The notes beneath the pieces were generated by a model. That model was given only the letters and a program-made list of their open reading frames with translations, ran no database searches and had not been told where the DNA came from. Shown here in pieces: positions 45,757-56,324 of a stretch of 64,000 bases of DNA (positions are counted from its first letter, which is position 1; every line of letters starts with the position of its first letter). The stretch is from Escherichia coli (GTDB lineage Bacteria; Pseudomonadota; Gammaproteobacteria; Enterobacterales; Enterobacteriaceae): the NCBI RefSeq assembly GCF_003334305.1, contig NZ_QOWS01000021.1. One strand, written 5' to 3'. The translations under genes and the position numbers were made by a program.

Positions 45757-46806
45757 ATGAAAATCAGTCGGGAAACACTCCACCAGCTAATCGAGAATAA
45801 ACTCTGCCAGGCTGGGTTAAAACGTGAGCACGCTGCAACCGTGGCTGAAGTATTGGTTTACGCCGATGCCAGAGGGATCCACTCTCATGGCGCGGTGCGC
45901 GTGGAATACTACGCGGAACGCATTTCAAAAGGCGGCACCAACCGCGAACCGGAGTTTCGTCTTGAGGAAACCGGGCCGTGCTCGGCAATTTTACATGCCG
46001 ACAATGCCGCCGGACAGGTCGCGGCGAAAATGGGTATGGAACATGCCATCAAAACCGCCGAGCAAAATGGCGTTGCGGTGGTCGGAATCAGCCGGATGGG
46101 TCACAGCGGCGCAATCTCTTATTTTGTGCAGCAGGCAGCCCGCGCCGGATTAATTGGCATTTCGATGTGCCAGTCCGATCCAATGGTGGTGCCGTTTGGC
46201 GGCGCGGAAATTTACTACGGTACTAACCCACTGGCCTTTGCCGCGCCGGGAGAAGGCGACGAGATCCTTACCTTTGATATGGCGACTACCGTACAGGCAT
46301 GGGGAAAAGTGCTCGACGCCCGCTCGCGTAATATGTCTATCCCGGATACCTGGGCGGTCGATAAAAACGGAGCACCAACAACCGATCCGCTCGCGGTACA
46401 TGCTCTGCTCCCCGCCGCCGGGCCGAAAGGGTATGGCCTGATGATGATGATTGACGTCCTCTCAGGCGTCTTACTCGGCTTACCGTTCGGGCGACAGGTT
46501 AGTTCGATGTATGACGATTTACACGCCGGGCGTAATTTGGGGCAATTACATATAGTTATTAATCCGAACTTTTTCTCCTCCAGCGAATTATTCCGTCAAC
46601 ATCTTAGCCAGACCATGCGCGAATTAAATGCCATTACCCCCGCGCCCGGTTTTAATCAGGTTTATTATCCCGGACAGGATCAGGATATTAAACAACGCAA
46701 AGCCGCCGTCGAAGGCATCGAAATTGTTGATGATATTTACCAGTATTTAATTTCCGACGCGCTTTATAACACGTCATACGAAACGAAAAATCCCTTTGCG
46801 CAATAA
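45757..46806 (+). CDS. allD: Ureidoglycolate dehydrogenase AllD
   Basis: 349 aa MKISRETLHQLIENKLCQAGLKREHAATVAEVLVYADARGIHSHGAVRVEYY... Confidence 0.93.
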   Translation: MKISRETLHQLIENKLCQAGLKREHAATVAEVLVYADARGIHSHGAVRVEYYAERISKGGTNREPEFRLEETGPCSAILHADNAAGQVAAKMGMEHAIKTAEQNGVAVVGISRMGHSGAISYFVQQAARAGLIGISMCQSDPMVVPFGGAEIYYGTNPLAFAAPGEGDEILTFDMATTVQAWGKVLDARSRNMSIPDTWAVDKNGAPTTDPLAVHALLPAAGPKGYGLMMMIDVLSGVLLGLPFGRQVSSMYDDLHAGRNLGQLHIVINPNFFSSSELFRQHLSQTMRELNAITPAPGFNQVYYPGQDQDIKQRKAAVEGIEIVDDIYQYLISDALYNTSYETKNPFAQ

Positions 46807-46827
46807 TTATTGAGACAGGACTTTCTT

Positions 46828-48063
46828 ATGATTACACATTTCCGTCAAGCCATAGAAGAAACGCTACCCTGGCTTTCCTCTTTTGGCGCTGACCCAACGG
46901 GTGGGATGACCCGTTTACTTTATTCGCCGGAATGGCTGGAAACCCAGCAGCAATTTAAAAAAAGAATGGCAGCAAGTGGGCTGGAAACACGTTTCGATGA
47001 AGTAGGGAATTTATACGGTCGCCTGAATGGTACCGAATATCCACAGGAAGTGATTCTGAGCGGTTCGCATATCGATACCGTGGTTAACGGCGGTAACCTC
47101 GACGGGCAATTCGGCGCGCTGGCGGCGTGGCTGGCAATTGACTGGCTGAAAACGCAATACGGCGCGCCGCTACGTACGGTCGAAGTGGTGGCGATGGCAG
47201 AAGAAGAAGGCAGCCGCTTCCCGTATGTCTTCTGGGGCAGTAAAAATATCTTTGGGCTGGCGAATCCTGACGACGTGCGGAATATCTGTGATGCCAAAGG
47301 AAATAGTTTTGTCGATGCGATGAAGGCTTGCGGATTTACTCTTCCGAACGCCCCACTAACTCCGCGTCAGGATATTAAAGCCTTTGTTGAACTGCATATT
47401 GAACAGGGCTGTGTGCTGGAAAGTAATGGGCAATCAATTGGCGTGGTGAATGCAATTGTCGGGCAGCGTCGTTATACGGTAACGCTGAACGGCGAATCAA
47501 ACCATGCAGGCACCACGCCGATGGGTTATCGTCGTGATACAGTTTACGCTTTCAGTCGCATTTGCCATCAGTCGGTCGAAAAAGCGAAAAGGATGGGCGA
47601 TCCGCTGGTTCTGACCTTTGGCAAAGTAGAGCCGCGCCCGAATACGGTAAATGTGGTGCCGGGTAAAACCACGTTCACCATTGATTGTCGTCATACCGAC
47701 GCTGCCGTGCTGCGCGATTTCACCCAACAGTTAGAAAACGACATGCGGGCGATTTGCGATGAAATGGACATTGGTATTGATATCGATTTATGGATGGACG
47801 AAGAACCCGTGCCGATGAATAAGGAGCTGGTCGCCACCCTGACAGAATTGTGTGAAAGTGAAAAACTGAATTACCGGGTGATGCACAGTGGTGCCGGGCA
47901 CGACGCGCAAATTTTCGCGCCTCGCGTACCAACCTGCATGATTTTCATTCCCAGCATCAACGGGATCAGCCATAACCCGGCGGAACGCACCAATATTACC
48001 GACCTTGCCGAAGGGGTCAAAACGTTGGCACTCATGCTTTATCAACTTGCCTGGCAGAAATAA
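46828..48063 (+). CDS. allC: Allantoate amidohydrolase AllC (M20 peptidase family)
   Basis: ORF 46810..48063 trimmed to MITHFRQAIEETLPWLSSFGADPTGGMTRLLYSPEW...; 411 aa. Confidence 0.93.
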   Translation: MITHFRQAIEETLPWLSSFGADPTGGMTRLLYSPEWLETQQQFKKRMAASGLETRFDEVGNLYGRLNGTEYPQEVILSGSHIDTVVNGGNLDGQFGALAAWLAIDWLKTQYGAPLRTVEVVAMAEEEGSRFPYVFWGSKNIFGLANPDDVRNICDAKGNSFVDAMKACGFTLPNAPLTPRQDIKAFVELHIEQGCVLESNGQSIGVVNAIVGQRRYTVTLNGESNHAGTTPMGYRRDTVYAFSRICHQSVEKAKRMGDPLVLTFGKVEPRPNTVNVVPGKTTFTIDCRHTDAAVLRDFTQQLENDMRAICDEMDIGIDIDLWMDEEPVPMNKELVATLTELCESEKLNYRVMHSGAGHDAQIFAPRVPTCMIFIPSINGISHNPAERTNITDLAEGVKTLALMLYQLAWQK

Positions 48064-48073
48064 GGAGTCATAA

Positions 48074-48859
48074 ATGGGATATTTAAATAACGTCACCGGT
48101 TACCGCGATGATTTACTGGCTAACCGTGCGATTGTTAAACACGGTAATTTCGCACTGTTAACCCCGGATGGTCTGGTAAAAAATATTATTCCGGGCTTTG
48201 AAAATTGTGACGCGACAATCCTCTCCACGCCAAAGCTGGGTGCCTCTTTTGTTGATTATCTGGTCACACTGCATCAAAACGGTGGCAACCAACAGGGCTT
48301 CGGTGGCGAAGGCATTGAAACGTTCCTGTATGTGATCTCTGGAAATATCACTGCCAAAGCCGAAGGCAAAACATTTGCCTTAAGCGAAGGTGGCTATCTT
48401 TATTGCCCACGAGGCTCCTTAATGACGTTTGTTAACGCCCAGGCCGAAGACAGCCAAATCTTTTTATATAAGCGCCGCTATGTTCCGGTAGAAGGCCATG
48501 CACCGTGGCTGGTTTCTGGCAATGCCAGCGAACTGGAACGCATTCACTATGAAGGTATGGATGATGTGATCCTGCTGGATTTTCTGCCCAAAGAGTTAGG
48601 TTTTGATATGAACATGCATATCCTCTCTTTTGCACCAGGTGCCAGCCACGGTTATATCGAAACACATGTTCAGGAACACGGTGCCTATATTCTTTCCGGT
48701 CAGGGGGTTTATAACCTCGACAATAACTGGATCCCGGTGAAAAAAGGCGATTACATCTTTATGGGCGCTTATTCTTTACAGGCTGGTTATGGCGTAGGGC
48801 GTGGTGAAGCGTTCAGCTATATTTACTCGAAAGATTGTAACCGCGACGTCGAGATTTAA
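48074..48859 (+). CDS. allE: (S)-ureidoglycine aminohydrolase AllE (cupin)
   Basis: 261 aa MGYLNNVTGYRDDLLANRAIVKHGNFALLTPDGLVKNIIPGFENCD... Confidence 0.92.
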   Translation: MGYLNNVTGYRDDLLANRAIVKHGNFALLTPDGLVKNIIPGFENCDATILSTPKLGASFVDYLVTLHQNGGNQQGFGGEGIETFLYVISGNITAKAEGKTFALSEGGYLYCPRGSLMTFVNAQAEDSQIFLYKRRYVPVEGHAPWLVSGNASELERIHYEGMDDVILLDFLPKELGFDMNMHILSFAPGASHGYIETHVQEHGAYILSGQGVYNLDNNWIPVKKGDYIFMGAYSLQAGYGVGRGEAFSYIYSKDCNRDVEI

Positions 48860-48901
48860 GTCATACCACTCGCCTGATTATTTTTAGCTATGTTGGATTT
48901 T

Positions 48902-48929
48902 GCCACGGTTTATACCGTGGCTTTTTTTG
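48902..48929 (+). terminator. Rho-independent terminator after allE
   Basis: gccacggtttataccgtggc hairpin followed by tttttttg. Confidence 0.75.
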
Positions 48930-48943
48930 TAGTAAATTCAGGT

Positions 48944-48970
48944 AAAAAAAGATGCGATATAAATCGCATC
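48944..48970 (-). terminator. Rho-independent terminator after glxK (minus strand)
   Basis: gatgcgatataaatcgcatc hairpin preceded on the forward strand by aaaaaaa (U-run on minus strand). Confidence 0.7.
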
Positions 48971-48987
48971 CGCTTTAAAGGTAAGGG

Positions 48988-50133
48988 TCAGTTTTTAATT
49001 CCCTGACCTATTTTAATGGCGCAGGCAATATTTCGTGCGCTGTTGAAGAGATTGGTTTCACCGCTGGCGAGCACTTCGGCTAAAGGTGCCAGACGTGGCA
49101 AAATGCTGAATACCGCATCAATGCCGTACTGGTGCACCACTTCCACGCCATCACCCAATACGCCAGCAATCCCAATCACCGGGACATTAAACTGCTTCGC
49201 CACCGACGCCACACCCAGCGGCGCTTTACCGCCTGCCGTTTGCGAGTCGATGCGCCCTTCCCCGGTAATCACCAGTGCTGCGCCCTGCACTGCCTGCGCA
49301 AGATTGACCGCATTCAACACAATCTCAATACCTGGTTTAATATCCGCATTGAGAAATACCGCCGCCGCAATACCCATACCGCCCGCAGCGCCGCCGCCCG
49401 CCATCTGGCAGACGTTGATTTCAGTTTGCTGTTGTAAAACACGGGCGTAATTTTGCAGCCCCTGTTCCAGCTCTTCGACCATCTCCGGCGTTGCCCCTTT
49501 TTGCGGGCCAAATACCGCCGCCGCGCCGCGTGCCCCTACCAGCGGGTTATCAACGTCACATGCCACTTCAATATGGCTTTTCGCCAGACGCGGATCGCAT
49601 TCCTCTATCTCAATGCTTGCCACGCGCGCTAAATTGCCGCCGTTAGCCGCCAGCACCTGGCCGTCGGCATCAAGGAAACGCACACCAAGCGCCTGCGCCA
49701 TGCCCATACCGCCGTCGACCGTCGCACTGCCGCCAATGCCGAGAATAATATGGCGAATGCCGTTATCCAGCGCATGACGAATTAACTCCCCCGTACCAAA
49801 ACTGGAGGCCAGCAACGGATTACGCTTTTCAGGCGCGACCAGCATCAGGCCACTTGCTGCCGCCATCTCAATCACCGCCGTTTTCCCGTCGCCGGTAAGG
49901 CCATAAAAAGCATTCACTTTTTCGCCCATCGGCCCGCAGACTTCAAGCGTCACGATGTTGCCGCCCGTCGCGGCGACCATCGCATCCACCGTTCCTTCGC
50001 CGCCATCCGCTATCGGCAAACAGATATAGTTCGCATCGGGAAAGAGGGTCGAAAACCCGGCTTTAATTGCCTGACAACATTTTTCTGCACTTAAGCTCTC
50101 TTTAAAAGAGTCTGGCGCAATGACAATCTTCAT
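48988..50133 (-). CDS. glxK: Glycerate 3-kinase GlxK
   Basis: ORF 48988..50139 trimmed to [48 protein letters not shown]...; 381 aa. Confidence 0.93.
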   Translation of the reverse strand: MKIVIAPDSFKESLSAEKCCQAIKAGFSTLFPDANYICLPIADGGEGTVDAMVAATGGNIVTLEVCGPMGEKVNAFYGLTGDGKTAVIEMAAASGLMLVAPEKRNPLLASSFGTGELIRHALDNGIRHIILGIGGSATVDGGMGMAQALGVRFLDADGQVLAANGGNLARVASIEIEECDPRLAKSHIEVACDVDNPLVGARGAAAVFGPQKGATPEMVEELEQGLQNYARVLQQQTEINVCQMAGGGAAGGMGIAAAVFLNADIKPGIEIVLNAVNLAQAVQGAALVITGEGRIDSQTAGGKAPLGVASVAKQFNVPVIGIAGVLGDGVEVVHQYGIDAVFSILPRLAPLAEVLASGETNLFNSARNIACAIKIGQGIKN

Positions 50134-50154
50134 TATCAATCCTTTTTCAACAAA

Positions 50155-51462
50155 TTATTCGATACGTTCCCACGGAATAAGGTTATCCATAAGAACAGCC
50201 AGTAAAATCCCGACCAATAAGCCGTTACTGAGCAGAGGACGAAGCGTTAATGGAAGGTCTTGCAGATACACAGGCGGTAATGCCATTAAAAATATGCCGA
50301 CAAATAACGGCAATGCGAGTCGATAAATATTGCGAGCGGTAAAGGTTATTTGCTGGCTAAACACCAGCGCGGAAAAGAGTAAAGGCAGATAAGAAACCAG
50401 CATGACCGCGCTACTCACGGGTAAAGGGATACTGCAAAACAGTCGTGTGAGTGCCGGAACCAGCGCCACCAGCAGGCAAATAACGCTGCCATAAATAAAC
50501 GAACGCCGCGTGTAATCGCCTGTCTGGGTTAATAAACCAATGGATGAAACAAACGGTGAAAATGGAATTACCGCCAGCGGTACGGTTATCAGCGTCATAA
50601 ATCCGGTCGCCACAAAGCTGCGACGATAACGCGTATTTCCCGCGCCCTGCTGCGGATAAAAAACATCCGTGCCCCGAATCGCACCGTAGGTATTGCTGAT
50701 ATTCACCAGACCTGTAATCACCGCCGTCAGAATAATTCCCGGAGACAAAGCACCTCCACTGCCGAGCGGGAACCACTGCCAGTGCAACTCACCGGAGAGC
50801 GAGTGCGAAGAAGGAAAGCAAAAGTACCACAACAACCAGCCGGTTATGGTGCCGACCAGCAGGCCATAACGGGCAAAACGTTGCGGCAGGAAGATAATCA
50901 TCCCCAGTACCAGGCACATCACCGCCACCGAGAGCGCGAACGGCGGTAACTGAATTTTAAAATTTGGGTCGGCTATGCCAAACGGCAGCCCGAGCATACC
51001 TTTGAAAAAGATAGTGGTCAGCTGCGCGCCCAGCATCAACATAAACAAGACCATCACCGACGGCGTAAATAACCGCGCCAGGCGATGGCCTAATCCGCTA
51101 AAACCAATCAACACCGTCAGCACGCCGGAGAGTGCAATCCCCACTGCCAGGCTGGTGGCGATATCGTTGATCGGTGTCCCGCGCGATGCTTCGCCAAGGG
51201 TGATAGTAAGGATGGTTCCCCACCACAGGCCACCTGGCCCTTCCATAATAGCGCGACGATGACCGCAGAACGCCTGAGCGAAGCAGGCCAGTGCGGTAGC
51301 AAGAAAAGCATATTGCGTGAGTGTAAGCAGGCTACTTTGCGGCAACTGAAAAGCAGAAAGTAGCGTAGGAGGAACCACAACCGTGTTGCAAAAAATAAAG
51401 AAAAACCACTGAAATCCTGATAACAGGCTTTCGCGGCTCACTGCAAAATTGAACATAAACAC
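50155..51462 (-). CDS. ybbY: Putative purine/uracil permease YbbY (NCS2 family)
   Basis: 435 aa polytopic membrane protein; position between glxK and allB. Confidence 0.88.
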   Translation of the reverse strand: MFMFNFAVSRESLLSGFQWFFFIFCNTVVVPPTLLSAFQLPQSSLLTLTQYAFLATALACFAQAFCGHRRAIMEGPGGLWWGTILTITLGEASRGTPINDIATSLAVGIALSGVLTVLIGFSGLGHRLARLFTPSVMVLFMLMLGAQLTTIFFKGMLGLPFGIADPNFKIQLPPFALSVAVMCLVLGMIIFLPQRFARYGLLVGTITGWLLWYFCFPSSHSLSGELHWQWFPLGSGGALSPGIILTAVITGLVNISNTYGAIRGTDVFYPQQGAGNTRYRRSFVATGFMTLITVPLAVIPFSPFVSSIGLLTQTGDYTRRSFIYGSVICLLVALVPALTRLFCSIPLPVSSAVMLVSYLPLLFSALVFSQQITFTARNIYRLALPLFVGIFLMALPPVYLQDLPLTLRPLLSNGLLVGILLAVLMDNLIPWERIE

Positions 51463-51512
51463 ACCTTAACCGGAGAATGCCCGCCGCAAGGACGGGCATT
51501 GCAGGGGCCAGA

Positions 51513-52874
51513 TTACTGCTGATGTTTAAGGATAAATTGACCTTTCGGCGCAACAGGGAAGCCCTGTTCAATGTCGTAAATCACATCACCACGTAAGATG
51601 GTTTTCGTGATACGCGCGCCAATGGTACGGCCAACATACGGGCTGACTTTGTGGCGATATTCCAGATCGTCATTGGTAAGAACATAGCTGCTATTCGGCT
51701 GAATGAAGACGAAGTCGGCATCTTTTCCTGGGGCGATACGGCCTTTTTGCTGCAGACCGAAAATATCTGCTGCGTTAGTCGCCATTAATTTGCCGAACAT
51801 TGGCAGAGACATTCCGCGTTTCTGTACCGCTTCATCGAACATCACGTCCATACAGTTTTGCAGACCGGCAATACCGCCCCATGCTTCCATGATGTTGCCG
51901 GCTTTCATTTCCGGAGGGCATGGTGAGTGGTCGGAAACCAGGCAGTCGATTTCACCGTTAAACAGTTTTTCCCACATGCCTTTCTGGTTTTCCAGATCGC
52001 GGATCGGCGGTGAACACTTCGCCAGAGTGCCGATTTCTTCGAACTGATCGGTATCCAGTACAAAGTAATGCGGGCAGGATTCACAAGTAACGTCCTGACC
52101 TTCCTGACGTGCACGAGTCACTTCTTCAACGCCTTCCGGGCTGCTGATATGGCAAACGTGCAGACGGCAACCGGCAACTTTCGCCAGATACAGCACGCGG
52201 CGAATCGCTTCCACTTCGGTAAATACCGGACGCGAAGCCACATAGTCATGGGCAGTTACGCGACCTTCACGTTTCGCTTCTTCGCCCAGTGCGTCACAGA
52301 TCAGCGCGTTTTCGCAGTGCACCAACACCGGCTGCCCCAGTTCGCCCAGCTTCTGCGCACCTTTGAAGAACTGCCAGTCGTTTACATCACGGAAGTCGTT
52401 GTCGATACCGCGATCGCCACAGGTCGCAACGAAGCATTTGAAGCCGACAACGCCCACTTCATCCAGCTCATGCAGACGGTCGATGTTGTAAGACACCAGG
52501 CCACCGAGTTGTGCCGCATCGATAGTCAGCTTGCCTTTAGCGGCATCGAACTTCAGTTCAATTGAAGCGCGGTCAACCGTTGCAGGCAGCTGGTTGAGCG
52601 GCATTTCGATCATGGTGGTGATACCACCTTTTGCCGCTGCGCGAGTACCGGTTTCATAACCTTCCCAGTGGCTACGACCCGGTTCAGAAATATGGGTGTG
52701 CGCATCAACCATGCCCGGCGAAACCACCAGACCAGACGCATCCATAACTTCTTTTGCATCGCCCAGATCCTGACCGATAGCAGCAATTTTCCCGCCTTTA
52801 ACGGCGATATCTACAACGCGAGCTTCGTTTTCTAAAATAACGGTGCCGTTTTTAATGATTAAATCAAAAGACAT
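51513..52874 (-). CDS. allB: Allantoinase AllB
   Basis: 453 aa [66 protein letters not shown]... Confidence 0.95.
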   Translation of the reverse strand: MSFDLIIKNGTVILENEARVVDIAVKGGKIAAIGQDLGDAKEVMDASGLVVSPGMVDAHTHISEPGRSHWEGYETGTRAAAKGGITTMIEMPLNQLPATVDRASIELKFDAAKGKLTIDAAQLGGLVSYNIDRLHELDEVGVVGFKCFVATCGDRGIDNDFRDVNDWQFFKGAQKLGELGQPVLVHCENALICDALGEEAKREGRVTAHDYVASRPVFTEVEAIRRVLYLAKVAGCRLHVCHISSPEGVEEVTRARQEGQDVTCESCPHYFVLDTDQFEEIGTLAKCSPPIRDLENQKGMWEKLFNGEIDCLVSDHSPCPPEMKAGNIMEAWGGIAGLQNCMDVMFDEAVQKRGMSLPMFGKLMATNAADIFGLQQKGRIAPGKDADFVFIQPNSSYVLTNDDLEYRHKVSPYVGRTIGARITKTILRGDVIYDIEQGFPVAPKGQFILKHQQ

Positions 52875-52933
52875 AACAAACTCCTTGTAAAATACAGATT
52901 GGTTTTTAACTCAATGTTCAATATCGGGATTAA

Positions 52934-54388
52934 TTAACCTATGGTTTTTTGCTCTCCTGTTTTTTCTGCTGTTGTACGTTTCTTTAATAAGGCGTAGGCC
53001 GCAAAGGCGACGATGACGCCGACAAACCATGAAACACGCGATAACGGTTCCATAAAGGGAATAAACTTACCGCCAAGAGATAAAATAACGGCCACCAGAG
53101 TTACTGAAAACGCGGTGAGGTTAAAACCGTTATCGTAATATTTATAATCGCCAGGTGCGGTGTACAGTTCATCAAGATTAATTTGCCCACGCATCACCAC
53201 AAAATAATGTGCCATCATGACACCAATTACCGGACCCAGCATTCCGCCGATGATATCGAGGAACAGATAAATACTGTCCTGATTTTCCATTAATTTCCAC
53301 GGGCAGATCAGCAGGCTGATAATACTGGCAATCAGTACGCCGTTTTTATAGGTCAGTTTTGTCGGTGCAATGGCAGCAATCTGATAACCGGCCGGAATAA
53401 TATTACCGGTGGCGTTAGTGGAAATAGTCGTCATCAGAATAACCAGTACCGCAAAGAACGAGGCAAACAGGCTGTCCCAACGCTGAACAATATCCAGCAC
53501 GTTCCAGGTGTCAGCGCCGTAGTGAATACTGGCTCCGGCAATAATACATACCCCAGCGACCGCAAACAGAATATAGGCCACAACTAAACCCAGCGTTTGC
53601 CCCAGCGCTTGCTCACGAAACGAGTGGGCGTTTTGCGTAAAGTCGGATGCGCTCACCGCCGGTGCCGCCCAGACCGCAACTACCGCGTTAATCACCACCA
53701 GGAACAAGAATCCACTGTTTTCTGCTTTCTGAATACCGCTCGGAATGTAGTCAAAGATTGGACCGATCCCGACCAGTGAAATCGCCCAAATCGCCATGCC
53801 GCCGAAAACGATATAGATGCACGGGTTAAGAATGGCAGTGAATTTATTTAAAACTTTGCCACCGCCAAAACCAATACCAACGTTAACCAGCCAGAAGAGT
53901 AAGAAAGTAATTAAGCCCGGTAGCGAAAGGCCTAACAAGGTAAAATCACCACCGAGAGTTAAAAATCCCGGCCAGATTTTGCCAATCAGGATCAAGCAGG
54001 CCAGTGATCCGGCGTAACATTGCAGGCCAAACCACATAATGGCAGCAATACCACCTCTTAATAATCCGGGAAACAGTGCGCCACGTACGCCGTAAGAAGC
54101 ACGCAGGATCATGGCAAACGGTACGCCGTATTTACTGCCCGCAGCACCGTTTAATACCATTACCGCGGCAATGAAAAAGGCGCTGAGGATAATTGCCAGC
54201 ATAATACTAAAGGTAGACAAGCCGAGAATAAAAAAGCCGCCGACCATCACATAATTGGGAACGTTATGAACCGAACCCATCCATAAGGTAAAATAGTTAA
54301 ATGTTTTCCAGGTCCGCTGGCTTTGCGTTTTCGGCAATAAATCTTCGCTATAGCCGCGTTGCTGGAATAGCTTTCTCTGATGTTCCAT
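52934..54388 (-). CDS. ybbW: Allantoin permease YbbW/AllW (NCS1 family)
   Basis: 484 aa polytopic membrane protein MEHQRKLFQQRGYSEDLLPKTQSQRTWKTFNYFTLWMG... Confidence 0.92.
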   Translation of the reverse strand: MEHQRKLFQQRGYSEDLLPKTQSQRTWKTFNYFTLWMGSVHNVPNYVMVGGFFILGLSTFSIMLAIILSAFFIAAVMVLNGAAGSKYGVPFAMILRASYGVRGALFPGLLRGGIAAIMWFGLQCYAGSLACLILIGKIWPGFLTLGGDFTLLGLSLPGLITFLLFWLVNVGIGFGGGKVLNKFTAILNPCIYIVFGGMAIWAISLVGIGPIFDYIPSGIQKAENSGFLFLVVINAVVAVWAAPAVSASDFTQNAHSFREQALGQTLGLVVAYILFAVAGVCIIAGASIHYGADTWNVLDIVQRWDSLFASFFAVLVILMTTISTNATGNIIPAGYQIAAIAPTKLTYKNGVLIASIISLLICPWKLMENQDSIYLFLDIIGGMLGPVIGVMMAHYFVVMRGQINLDELYTAPGDYKYYDNGFNLTAFSVTLVAVILSLGGKFIPFMEPLSRVSWFVGVIVAFAAYALLKKRTTAEKTGEQKTIG

Positions 54389-54557
54389 AAATCCCTCTTA
54401 ATTTCACGTATCGAATAACGTTGTTTTAATCTAGCTATGAGGAACAAATAAAATAAAAAATATTATTTTTAATACTGAAGCAACATCTTTGGCTGCTTTC
54501 TTTTTTAATATTGCTGGCCGATTCATTTTCTGATATCGGCCATTTTTATTGCGGGTA

Positions 54558-55436
54558 TCAGGCCAGTTTATGGTTAGCCATTAATTCCAGCGCCTGCACT
54601 AACGCAGAGTGATCCAACTGGCTGCCACCGTTTGCCGCACAGGTATTAAATAACTCCTGGCAGGTCGCAGTGTTTGGCAGGTTCAGCGCAAGTGCTTTCG
54701 CACTTTGCAGTGCCAGGTTGAGATCTTTCTGGTGCAGAGCGATTTTGAAGCCCGGATTAAAGGTGCGTTTAATCATACGCTCGCCATGAACTTCCAGAAT
54801 ACGTGAGGAAGCAAAGCCGCCCATCAGCGCCTGGCGCACACGTACCGGGTCCGCACCGGCTTTTGAAGCAAATAGCAGGGCTTCAGAAACCGCTTCAATA
54901 TTGAGCGCCACGATAATCTGATTTGCCACTTTGCAGGTTTGACCATCGCCGTTACCGCCCACGAGGGTGATATTTTTACCGAGCAGTTCAAACAGCGGTT
55001 TAACACGTTCAAATACCGCTTCATCACCGCCAACCATAATCGACAACGTCCCTTCACGCGCACCGATTTCACCGCCGGAGACTGGCGCATCGAGATAATC
55101 GCCGCCCAGTTCATTCACCTGACGAGCGAAACGCTTAGTTTCAATCGGGGAAATGGAGCTCATATCAACAATGGTTTTGCCCTTCAGCGAAGTTTTTGCA
55201 CAGCCATTTTCACCAAACAATACTTCTTCAACCTGCGGCGTATCTGGCACCATAATAAAGATAATGTCAGAAGATTCAGTTACCTGGCGCGCAGTTTCAA
55301 CACTGACGGCACCCAGTGACAGTAATTCATCAGCAACCGGTCCAATGGTCGTGACATGCAGTTGATGACCGGCACGCGCCAGATTAATGGCCATCGGTGT
55401 ACCCATAATGCCTAAGCCAATAAATCCCAGTTTCAT
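54558..55436 (-). CDS. glxR: Tartronate semialdehyde reductase GlxR
   Basis: 292 aa MKLGFIGLGIMGTPMAINLARAGHQLHVTTIGPVADELLSLGAV... (NAD-binding GxGxxG). Confidence 0.95.
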   Translation of the reverse strand: MKLGFIGLGIMGTPMAINLARAGHQLHVTTIGPVADELLSLGAVSVETARQVTESSDIIFIMVPDTPQVEEVLFGENGCAKTSLKGKTIVDMSSISPIETKRFARQVNELGGDYLDAPVSGGEIGAREGTLSIMVGGDEAVFERVKPLFELLGKNITLVGGNGDGQTCKVANQIIVALNIEAVSEALLFASKAGADPVRVRQALMGGFASSRILEVHGERMIKRTFNPGFKIALHQKDLNLALQSAKALALNLPNTATCQELFNTCAANGGSQLDHSALVQALELMANHKLA

Positions 55437-55535
55437 AATTAACCTCTTTTAAATTTCGCTTTTCCTGAATTCAGACAACACGATCCCCTGCCAACTTAGC
55501 GGCCTAAAAAAGCATTGCCTGAACAGCGTTACGTT

Positions 55536-56312
55536 TTAACGGTACGGATCCATCCAGCGTAAACCGGCTTCCGTGGTGGTTTGGGGTGTATATTCACACC
55601 CAACCCAACCGTTGTAGTCAGAATTTTCGATTACCTTAAAGAGATAATCATAATTAATTTCTCCGGTCCCCGGTTCGCCGCGATGCGGATTATCAGCAAT
55701 TTGCAGGTGACCAATTTTATCGGCCCACTGAGTCATGGTGTTGGTTAATTCACCTTCCATCCGCTGCATGTGATAAATGTCATACTGAATTTTCAAATTG
55801 CAGCAACCAACATCATCAATCAATTTCAGCGCCTGCCGAGTTCCGGTGAGATGGAAACCAGGAATATCAAAATGGTTAATAGGTTCAATCAGTAATAAAA
55901 TATCTTCTTTCATCAGCATATTCGCGGCATAACGCAGGTTTTCTACAAGCGTTGCGTGAATCTGTTCACTGCTGAAACCAGCCGGCGTTTTACCGACCAG
56001 ACAGTTAATTTTTTTATTACCCAGCGCACGGGCATAACGAATCGCTGCTGCTACGCCATCCCGAAACTCTTCTTCACGGCCAGTAATACAGGCAATACCG
56101 CGCTCCCCCGCCGCCCAGTCACCTGCCGGTAAATTGTGCAGCGTATGTTCGAGTTTATTACTCGCCAGCACCTGTTTTAATTCTTCAATGTCGTAGTCAT
56201 AAGGAAACATAAATTCAACGCCGCGAAAACCACACTGCGCAGCTTTCTCAAAACGGGCGAGAAAATCATATTCACCAAATAACATCGATAAATTAGCAGA
56301 GAAACGTAACAT
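55536..56312 (-). CDS. hyi: Hydroxypyruvate isomerase Hyi
   Basis: 258 aa MLRFSANLSMLFGEYDFLARFEKAAQCGFRGVEFMFPYDYDIEELK... Confidence 0.95.
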   Translation of the reverse strand: MLRFSANLSMLFGEYDFLARFEKAAQCGFRGVEFMFPYDYDIEELKQVLASNKLEHTLHNLPAGDWAAGERGIACITGREEEFRDGVAAAIRYARALGNKKINCLVGKTPAGFSSEQIHATLVENLRYAANMLMKEDILLLIEPINHFDIPGFHLTGTRQALKLIDDVGCCNLKIQYDIYHMQRMEGELTNTMTQWADKIGHLQIADNPHRGEPGTGEINYDYLFKVIENSDYNGWVGCEYTPQTTTEAGLRWMDPYR

Positions 56313-56324
56313 TATTTATCTCCC